This document shows, one piece after another, positions 57,166-64,000 of a DNA stretch of 64,000 nt (its first letter is position 1; every line of letters begins with the position of its first letter). Origin of the DNA: Candidatus Eiseniibacteriota bacterium (GTDB lineage: Bacteria > Eisenbacteria > RBG-16-71-46 > CAZAMP01); NCBI GenBank assembly GCA_965224245.1, contig OZ245046.1, positions 5,472,001 through 5,536,000 of the forward strand, given 5' to 3'. The notes beneath the pieces are model-generated. The model made no database searches, had not been told where the DNA came from, and saw only the letters and a program-made list of their open reading frames with translations. A program made the translations under genes and the position numbers.

Positions 57166-59466
57166 ATGACCCCCACCCGCGTCGCCATGCTCTCGGCGCT
57201 CGCGCTGATGGCGCACCAGGTCGGCGGCAAGGCCGTCCGGGACGCGCTCTATCTATCCGAGTTCGCGGTGACGACGCTGCCCCGGATGCTCGTCCTGGCC
57301 TCGGCGCTGTCGATCGCGGGAGCGCTGGTCTCGGCGCGCCTCCTCACGCGGCTCGGACCGGCACGCCTCATCGGCCGACTGTTCGTGGGCAGCGCGCTCC
57401 TGTCGATCGCCGAGTGGTCGGCGTACCCGGTGGCGCCGGGGCCGGTCACGGTGACGGTGTTCCTGCACGTCGCCGCGCTCGGATCGTTGCTGATCTCGGG
57501 GTTCTGGGCGGCCTTCGGCGAGGCCTTCGATCCTCGCACCGTGCGGCGCACGGTGGGCAGCGTCGCCGCGGCGGCGACGCTGGGTGGCGTCCTCGGCGGC
57601 GCCGTGGCCGAGCGCGTGGGGACGACGTTCGGAATCGCGGCCGTGTTGCCGGTGCTGGCGGTGATGCACGTGGCCTGCGCGTGGCTCACGAGTCGTCTTC
57701 CGCTGCCTGAGGTATCCGACGCCGAGCCGGTCGTCTCCGCAGACGACCGCCGGGCGGACGGTGACGGGGCGGGTCCGGAGACCGGCGTTCGCACCCTCCG
57801 CTCCACACCGTACCTCCGCGACCTCGCGGCCGTGGTCGTGCTCACGGCTGTCGTGGGCACGCTGGTCGACTACGTCTTCAAGGCCCGCGCGACGCTGGCG
57901 TTCACCGACGGACGAGAGCTCGTGCGCTTCTTCGCGATCTTCTACACCGGCGTCTCGGTGCTGACGTTTCTCGTGCAGTCGATCGCCGGCCGCCGTGCCC
58001 TCGAGCGCGTCGGCCTCACGGTGACGATGGCGTCGCTTCCGGCGGTCGTCGGGCTCGGCGCGGCCGGTGCGCTGATCGTCCCCACGCTGGCCGGCGCGAC
58101 GTGGCTGCGTGCGTCCGAGCAGGTCCTGCGTAGCTCGCTGTATCGCGGTGGGTACGAGCTTCTGTTCACGCCCCTCGCGCCGCGCCAGAAGCGCGGCATC
58201 AAGTCCATCGTGGATGTCGCGTTCGATCGGCTGGGCGACGTCGTCGGCGCGGCGCTGGTGGCGCTGGTTCTCCTCGCGTTGCCGGCCGGCTCCTTGCCCG
58301 TGCTGCTCGTCCTGTCGCTGGTGGCCGCGGCGCTCGGGCTGTGGATCGTCCGGCGGCTGGGTCGCGGATACGTGACCGAGCTGGAGAAGAGCCTCCTCCG
58401 AAACCGGGTCTCGCTGGACGAGGAGGACGTCCTGGACCGCACGACGCGCACCACGCTGATGACGGTGCGCGGGCTGCGCATCGTGGCGACCGGTCCCTCG
58501 GGCCGCGATCCGGGTCCGCCCGCGCCGGCGGCGCCGGCGGTCGCGAGTGACGCGGCGCGTGACGACCCGGACCCCGCGCCGGCGGAGGACGACGACGAGC
58601 CGCGACTGCGCGATCTCCGGTCCCGGAACGCCGATCGCGTGGTCGCCGCGCTCGCGCGGTCCGAGCCCCCATCGGCCGCGGAGGTGGGCGAGATGATCGC
58701 GCTCCTCGCATGGGATGCCGTGTCGCAGGCCGCGATCGATGCACTGCGCCGGAGTGGAGACGAGGCGGTCGAGCCGCTCGCCGCTGCGCTCGTGGATCCC
58801 GAACAGCACTTCGCCGTCCGTCGCCGCGTCCCCCGGGCCATGGCCGGCCGTTCGGGGCCTCGGGTGATCGACGCCTTGACCCGGGGACTCGAGGACCGTC
58901 GGTTCGAGGTGCGCTACCAGTGTGGACTGGCGCTGGCCCGCATCCGGCGGGATCGTCCGGACCGGGCTGCGCTCACCCCCGGCGCCGTGTTCGCCGTGGT
59001 CGCGCGGGAAGCTCGGGCCAGCGCGAGCGTGTGGCGAGGGCAGCGTCTGCTGGATGACGCGGGCGGCGAGAGCGACTGGAGTCGGTTCGGCAGCGCCGAG
59101 GTGGATCGCGTGATCCGGGAGCGATCCACCCGGAGCCTCGAGCACGTGTTCACGCTGCTGTCGCTCGTGCTGCCGCGCGAGCCGTTGCGCGTGGCGTACT
59201 GTGCGCTCCACGACGACGATGCGGTGCTCCGCGGGACCGCGCTCGAGTACCTCGAGAGCACGTTGCCCAGGGAGATCTGCGAGGTGCTGTGGCCTCACCT
59301 CGAGGCCGACCTGCACGCCCGTCCCGCGCCGCTCCCCGGCGAGGATCGCGACGCGGCGCTCGAGCGACTGCTCCGGTCGAACCGATCGATCATGGCGCGG
59401 CTGGAGGAGGCGGCGCAGTCCCCCCGGCCCGACCTCTCATCCGAACGAGACGCGTTCGACGCGTAG
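57166..59466 (+). CDS. Npt1/Npt2 (TLC)-like nucleotide transporter with C-terminal HEAT repeats
   Basis: 'KAVRDALYLS', 'TLVDYVFK', 'YELLFTPL...KSIVDVAFDRLGD'; HEAT-like helical C-terminus. Confidence 0.8.
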   Translation: MTPTRVAMLSALALMAHQVGGKAVRDALYLSEFAVTTLPRMLVLASALSIAGALVSARLLTRLGPARLIGRLFVGSALLSIAEWSAYPVAPGPVTVTVFLHVAALGSLLISGFWAAFGEAFDPRTVRRTVGSVAAAATLGGVLGGAVAERVGTTFGIAAVLPVLAVMHVACAWLTSRLPLPEVSDAEPVVSADDRRADGDGAGPETGVRTLRSTPYLRDLAAVVVLTAVVGTLVDYVFKARATLAFTDGRELVRFFAIFYTGVSVLTFLVQSIAGRRALERVGLTVTMASLPAVVGLGAAGALIVPTLAGATWLRASEQVLRSSLYRGGYELLFTPLAPRQKRGIKSIVDVAFDRLGDVVGAALVALVLLALPAGSLPVLLVLSLVAAALGLWIVRRLGRGYVTELEKSLLRNRVSLDEEDVLDRTTRTTLMTVRGLRIVATGPSGRDPGPPAPAAPAVASDAARDDPDPAPAEDDDEPRLRDLRSRNADRVVAALARSEPPSAAEVGEMIALLAWDAVSQAAIDALRRSGDEAVEPLAAALVDPEQHFAVRRRVPRAMAGRSGPRVIDALTRGLEDRRFEVRYQCGLALARIRRDRPDRAALTPGAVFAVVAREARASASVWRGQRLLDDAGGESDWSRFGSAEVDRVIRERSTRSLEHVFTLLSLVLPREPLRVAYCALHDDDAVLRGTALEYLESTLPREICEVLWPHLEADLHARPAPLPGEDRDAALERLLRSNRSIMARLEEAAQSPRPDLSSERDAFDA

Positions 59467-59628
59467 ATTCGTCCACCGGCCCCCGGGTTGGAGATGCGAC
59501 GCGCAGGACGGCACCGTCCCTTCTATAATCATCAATTCGCTACGTAGTCAGATTTTGGCAATATCCAGTTGCCGAATTCTGATCATATCGCCCATGATGT
59601 CGATCAATTGGCACGGAGGCGCGTCATA

Positions 59629-62271
59629 ATGGAGCGAAGTCTATGGGTCGTCGTCATTCTCGTTTCCGTGTCATGGATCGCATCGCACGTCACCCGCGAG
59701 CCCGAGGGCTTTGACGTGGAGTACACGGTCACGCCGATCAGCCCTACCACACTTCGAGTAACCGCGGGGTACCGCTCCGACAGACCTTCGATGCTGACCG
59801 TGGGGTCGATTCGCGACGATCGACATTGCCCCGTCACGAATCTCACGGCCGGCTCTCACGACCGCGACGTTCAGCTCGATCGACATCGCGAGCTGGTTCC
59901 TGCGACGACGATTCACATCGTTCCCAGAACCCGATACGACATTCGCGCCGATGAACCCAGGGTCACGCTTTCGTACGACGTGGCACCCTCGCCCTTTCGC
60001 ACGGGCGGACGATGTGCGACGAGGCTGGCGTACGCAGTCCTGGACTCGGACTTCGTGGTGCTGCCGTTCTCGTCCTTCGCGTTGGCACCACCCGACGATC
60101 TCGTTCGGCGCGTGCATGTCCGTGGCGCGCGTGACTGGCAATGCATTCTCGACGACGCAGAGAACGCCAACCGATCAAGAGCACGATGGGCAGATCGTCT
60201 CTTCGGCGAGTCGCTCGTCGCTCTGAGTCGCGTCGAGCCGGTGGCCCTCGCCGGTGCGGTTCGACTGCTCGTGTCGAGTCATTACGATCGGAGACACCGA
60301 GGACGGATTCTGGCTCTTCTCCGGCAGGTCTGGTCCGCTCTCGAACACGATCTCGGACCCCCGCCGTCCTCGCTCGAGATCATCGTCGTCGCCGATCCCA
60401 CGAAGGGACCGTACGGTCTCGGGACGGTTCCCGGTGGCGCGCTCGTGCTGTCACACGATGCCTCGTCTTCGGGCGGGACACGAGCGAACGTCGCGGACCT
60501 GGTCGAGCGATGGCTGGGTTTCGGCCACGACACGCTGGTCGATCCCAATCGACGCGATGCGTGGTGGGAAGTCGGATACGCGGGAATCGTGGCGGAGCGC
60601 GCCACGGAGGGCCTGGGGCTGATCGGATACGGCGACGAGCGTCTGCTCTCCCTGTTCTCGGCCGCGGATGATGTCGCGCTGTCGGATGCGGGCATGCTCG
60701 GCCGTCCCGAGCTGAGGCAGACTCCGGCCTTTCGCCGTTCCTTCCGGCGAAAGGCAGCATGCGCCGTTCTTCTGCTCGAGTGGGAGCTCCGGATTCGCGG
60801 TCTCTCCTCGCTGCGTGAGCTCTGGACGGTATCCAGGACGATGGGTCTGCGGCCAGCCGTCGCGCGGCTGGCGCCAAGCCTCGATCGTGCGTTTCTCCTG
60901 CCCTGGATCGATCGCTACAACCCGATGGCACGTCGGTTCCCGCTCATCGACGACGCGCCGAAGCCGAGCGTTCGGGCGCGGCCACCAGCGACCGCAGACC
61001 TCGACACGTTGCGCCTCATCGTCACCGGGAACACCGACGGGTACCTCGAGACGTGTGGCTGCAAGCTGAACATGTCGGGGGGGGTTGCCCGCCGGGCCAC
61101 GGTGGTCTCTCGACTTCGACACGAGCATTCCGACGCGCTTCTGCTCGATGTCGGTGGCTTCCTGCCAGACCCGGAACTCGTGGGTGAACCGACCGATCAG
61201 AGTCGGCGTGACCTGGCTTTCTACGTCTCGGAGCTCGCAGAGGCCGACTACGATGCCGTCGTCCTGTCCGAGCGTGAGCTCGAGTGGAGCGAGCTGGACC
61301 GGAAGCTTCTCTCGGGAGCCGACGCACCGTTCGTGACGACGGGAGAGGCAGCGCTCGGAGATCACGTTCCCTCGATCCGATGGTGTGAGGCGGGCGATCT
61401 GACGGTTGCCGTCATCGGTCATGCGAGCGGCTGGCCCGAACGACCCTGGATCGGATCACCCGACTCGGACGGTGTGCTGGCCGACGCGGTCCGGTCGGCG
61501 TCGCGTTCCAGCGCGGATCTGGCCGTTCTGGCGGGTGACCTCGCGATCGACCCACCCACTGCTTGGGCGCTGGACCCGAGACCTGATGTGGTCCTGACCC
61601 GGCGCACCGGAGCGACGATGTCGCCGGAAGCCGAACGTGGGCAGTACGCGACCGTCCGAGACGGGACGGCCATCGTCCCGTGCGTGTCGGGCGTCTTCGG
61701 CGTGATGTTCGTCGAGGTGTATCACTCGCGCGATGATGGTGTCGTCGGCGCTACGGCGCGGGTGATGACGCTCGACCAGACCGTTCCCGCGGATCCGGAG
61801 GTACGCTCCCGAATCGATGAGTTCCATCGAGCGACGTTGCCGGACGACTCCTTGCAGGATCACATGCTCTTCGACTGGGATCCCGACGTCCGGTCGGGCC
61901 GCTACGTTGGCGTCTCCGCCTGCGAGGAGTGCCACGTCTCCGAGACTGAGCAATGGCGCACCACCGGCCACTCGCGCGCGATGCAGACGCTCGTGGCCAG
62001 GCAACGAGACACCCACCCCGACTGTGTGCCGTGTCACGTGACTGGCCTGGGCCGGTCCGGCGGCTTTCGGCTGGGTTCCGCCCGGCATCCACTGGCCGAC
62101 GTCCAGTGCGAGACGTGTCACGGCCCTGGTGCCGCACACGTGCAGCATCCGACGAACGCCAACATCCGGCTGACACCAACGAAGGGAGTCTGTGTCGAGT
62201 GCCACAATCCGGACCACTCCGACTTCTTCGACGCGCGATACGAACAGGCATTCCAGCGTATCTCGCACTGA
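59629..62271 (+). CDS. Exported fusion: degenerate M61-like domain, metallophosphoesterase-like domain and tetraheme c554-like cytochrome
   Basis: 'TGNTDGYLETCGC...GGVARRAT...LLLDVGG'; four CXXCH motifs (CEECH 61921, CVPCH 62023, CETCH 62107, CVECH 62191); GGAGG RBS. Confidence 0.75.
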   Translation: MERSLWVVVILVSVSWIASHVTREPEGFDVEYTVTPISPTTLRVTAGYRSDRPSMLTVGSIRDDRHCPVTNLTAGSHDRDVQLDRHRELVPATTIHIVPRTRYDIRADEPRVTLSYDVAPSPFRTGGRCATRLAYAVLDSDFVVLPFSSFALAPPDDLVRRVHVRGARDWQCILDDAENANRSRARWADRLFGESLVALSRVEPVALAGAVRLLVSSHYDRRHRGRILALLRQVWSALEHDLGPPPSSLEIIVVADPTKGPYGLGTVPGGALVLSHDASSSGGTRANVADLVERWLGFGHDTLVDPNRRDAWWEVGYAGIVAERATEGLGLIGYGDERLLSLFSAADDVALSDAGMLGRPELRQTPAFRRSFRRKAACAVLLLEWELRIRGLSSLRELWTVSRTMGLRPAVARLAPSLDRAFLLPWIDRYNPMARRFPLIDDAPKPSVRARPPATADLDTLRLIVTGNTDGYLETCGCKLNMSGGVARRATVVSRLRHEHSDALLLDVGGFLPDPELVGEPTDQSRRDLAFYVSELAEADYDAVVLSERELEWSELDRKLLSGADAPFVTTGEAALGDHVPSIRWCEAGDLTVAVIGHASGWPERPWIGSPDSDGVLADAVRSASRSSADLAVLAGDLAIDPPTAWALDPRPDVVLTRRTGATMSPEAERGQYATVRDGTAIVPCVSGVFGVMFVEVYHSRDDGVVGATARVMTLDQTVPADPEVRSRIDEFHRATLPDDSLQDHMLFDWDPDVRSGRYVGVSACEECHVSETEQWRTTGHSRAMQTLVARQRDTHPDCVPCHVTGLGRSGGFRLGSARHPLADVQCETCHGPGAAHVQHPTNANIRLTPTKGVCVECHNPDHSDFFDARYEQAFQRISH

Positions 62272-62933
62272 CCATCGTGTGCAGCTGCGACGGCGCTGGC
62301 GGTCGGACGTCGGACGCCGACAGATCGGTAGTCGTGGCGGGGCTCGTCGACCCGGCCGAGTACGAGCGCTTCGCGGCGACCGCGTCGCAGCCCGCGTCCG
62401 GTGCGTTTGCCCGGATCGCTACGGCCGAGCGCCGGCTGATGGAGGACCCGCTGGCGGCACGGACGCTCCCGCGGCTCTGCGAAGAGATGGAGCGCGTCGG
62501 CGCAGGAAGCCGGCAAGCACTCGATGTGCTGCTCCTATGGATGCACGAGAATCTGGGCACGAACGAGCGCGAGGAGCAGGCGGCTCGCGCCGCGGTCGAG
62601 TCGATCCTTCGCGGGGCACGAGGCGATCGCACCGGCCTCCACGGGAGCCCGACCATGACTGAGTTCATGCAGGCCGCCGGGGCGTTCGACGTTCGACTCG
62701 ACTCGCTTCTTCGGGTAACCGAGCCGTCGCTCGGGGACCAGATCGACGAGAGCCTTCGGCGACGCGTCCTCGGTCTCGTCCTCCAGCATCGCAACTTCCG
62801 CTTCGATTCGAGAGGGCACGTGAGGTTCGTACCTCAGGCAATGAGTATCCCAACACGTGACAGATCCCTGCCGGCCGATGTGATCCGGGACGGGGATGGT
62901 CGAGAAGGTCCAAACGAGAGGAGTGTGGAATGA
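62199..62933 (+). CDS. Putative lipoprotein, hypothetical
   Basis: GTG 62199 after AAGGGAG; 'LRLLRRAIRTGIPAYLALTIVCSC' lipobox-like; overlaps the upstream gene by 73 bp; ATGA-coupled to the next gene. Confidence 0.45.
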   Translation: MPQSGPLRLLRRAIRTGIPAYLALTIVCSCDGAGGRTSDADRSVVVAGLVDPAEYERFAATASQPASGAFARIATAERRLMEDPLAARTLPRLCEEMERVGAGSRQALDVLLLWMHENLGTNEREEQAARAAVESILRGARGDRTGLHGSPTMTEFMQAAGAFDVRLDSLLRVTEPSLGDQIDESLRRRVLGLVLQHRNFRFDSRGHVRFVPQAMSIPTRDRSLPADVIRDGDGREGPNERSVE

Positions 62934-63166
62934 CCGGTTGGTTGCTTCGAAGTCTCGGTGTTTCGGCCGTCGTCCTGGCTCTGGCGGTATCGTCGAACAC
63001 GCTGCCGACGCGTGTCGTCTATGCCACGCCCGAGGTGCCGACGTGCGCGAACAACAAATGCGTTTCGGTCACCAGCTGCCAGCCGAACAACGGAACGGCA
63101 TGTGACGTGCAGTACGTTCCCGAGTCGAGTCGGGTCGAGTGCCTGGGTACGACGACGTGCGGGTGA
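62930..63166 (+). CDS. Small secreted 6-Cys peptide (78 aa)
   Basis: GAGGAG RBS; signal peptide ending VYA; mature part C-x4-C-x5-C-x7-C-x12-C-x5-C-G. Confidence 0.7.
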   Translation: MTGWLLRSLGVSAVVLALAVSSNTLPTRVVYATPEVPTCANNKCVSVTSCQPNNGTACDVQYVPESSRVECLGTTTCG

Positions 63167-63293
63167 GTCGTACTCGAGCCGACTGATCACACGCGCCATC
63201 AGGACATGCGTCGCGGAGCCGGGGCGAGACCGCCTCTGGCTTCGGCTCCGCGACGAGACACATCGATCGGCACGATTCCACCCTGGAGGTACC

Positions 63294-64000
63294 TTGAGCG
63301 TTCGACGCACCGTCCTCTGCGGAGCTGCCGTTCTCGCGGCGCTGTCCGTTCCTCGAGCGACGTTCGCCGAGGACGTCCGAGCCGAGCTCCTCTACACGAT
63401 CACCGACGAGACGGACGACTACCTCATGTGGTCTCCCACCGACATCATGCTGGATCTGCACGGGACGCTCTACGTCCTCGATGGACGCCTCCGATGCATC
63501 TTCGTATTCCGTGAGGGTGGGTTCACGCGGCGCTTTGGACGCCGTGGCGAGGGGCCCGGAGAGCTACAGAACCCCACGGGTCTGTTCCGCTGGGGAGGCG
63601 ACATCGGTGTGCTGGACTTCGCCCCGGCGACCGTGCATCGGTTCACCCGAGAAGGGGTCCACATCACGAGCCGGCGCATCGAGGATCCGTCGGGTCGACG
63701 GGTTCGCCCGGCGGAGATCCGGAGCGCGGGGCATGATCTCGTTCTGCGGGGCTCGATCAACGGTCCCGGACCCGGTGGCAAGCAGACGTCCACTTCCTTC
63801 CTGGCCCTGCTCGGCGCCGACGGTCACGTCGGCGCGCGCTTCGCGGAGATGGAGTCCACGTTCGATCTCAATCACCTCGTCATCGACGAGGCGCGCGTGC
63901 TGGCGTACACGTTGTGGGCGTGTGAGCGGGGTCCCACGGTGTTGCTCTCCGAGGACCCGAGCCGAAGCGTCGTCAGGAGACTGCGGCCGGGCGGTGTCGA
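63294..64000 (+). CDS. Secreted 6-bladed beta-propeller protein (runs off the window)
   Basis: Manual translation from TTG 63294 (GGAGG RBS): MSVRRTVLCGAAVLAALSVPRATFA-EDVR...GTLYVLD...FGRRGEGPGELQNP; absent from the ORF track. Confidence 0.75.
   Translation, partial: MSVRRTVLCGAAVLAALSVPRATFAEDVRAELLYTITDETDDYLMWSPTDIMLDLHGTLYVLDGRLRCIFVFREGGFTRRFGRRGEGPGELQNPTGLFRWGGDIGVLDFAPATVHRFTREGVHITSRRIEDPSGRRVRPAEIRSAGHDLVLRGSINGPGPGGKQTSTSFLALLGADGHVGARFAEMESTFDLNHLVIDEARVLAYTLWACERGPTVLLSEDPSRSVVRRLRPGGV

Noticed and set aside
59608-59624. TTGGCACG -24-like box before the heme fusion gene
   Set aside because: No -12 GC at the correct spacing, and the implied TSS would fall inside the CDS; it overlaps the RBS
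61051-61065. Selenocysteine in the CGC motif of the heme fusion
   Set aside because: Codons are TGT-GGC-TGC; no in-frame TGA

Overview
This 64-kb window is very GC-rich bacterial DNA. Its gene content points to an FCB-group candidate lineage such as Eisenbacteria/Krumholzibacteriota/Latescibacterota (inference): six proteins with FlgD-Ig/T9SS-like C-terminal domains, a PorV-like barrel and a 'SWxxIK' C-terminal tag. I found no rRNA, tRNA, CRISPR array or mobile element. Contents in order: TPR Ser/Thr kinase (cut by the window edge); two GT-C membrane glycosyltransferases; module 1 (ECF sigma, membrane kinase with DUF4384-like tail, secreted protein, exported TPR-CHAT protease); PorV-like protein; S8 and S41 peptidases; crcB, DUF3179, cyoE and ctaA; an HD-GYP regulator; a sigma54-driven MFP/RND/RND/beta-propeller/HK/NtrC-family operon; several secreted proteins including an exported LanC-like protein; module 2 (cytoplasmic TPR-CHAT divergent from ECF sigma and a double-zf-HC2 anti-sigma); an aspartyl protease; an Npt/HEAT transporter; and a lower-GC terminal block (pseudo-peptidase/metallophosphoesterase/tetraheme fusion, lipoprotein, 6-Cys secreted peptide, 6-bladed propeller). 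The best candidate for a new system is CRISPR-independent CHAT-protease/ECF-sigma signalling. It occurs twice with matched compartments, and module 1 shares an LRGAGxIA motif between the protease and its partner kinase. All calls come from reading motifs by eye; no database search was run.
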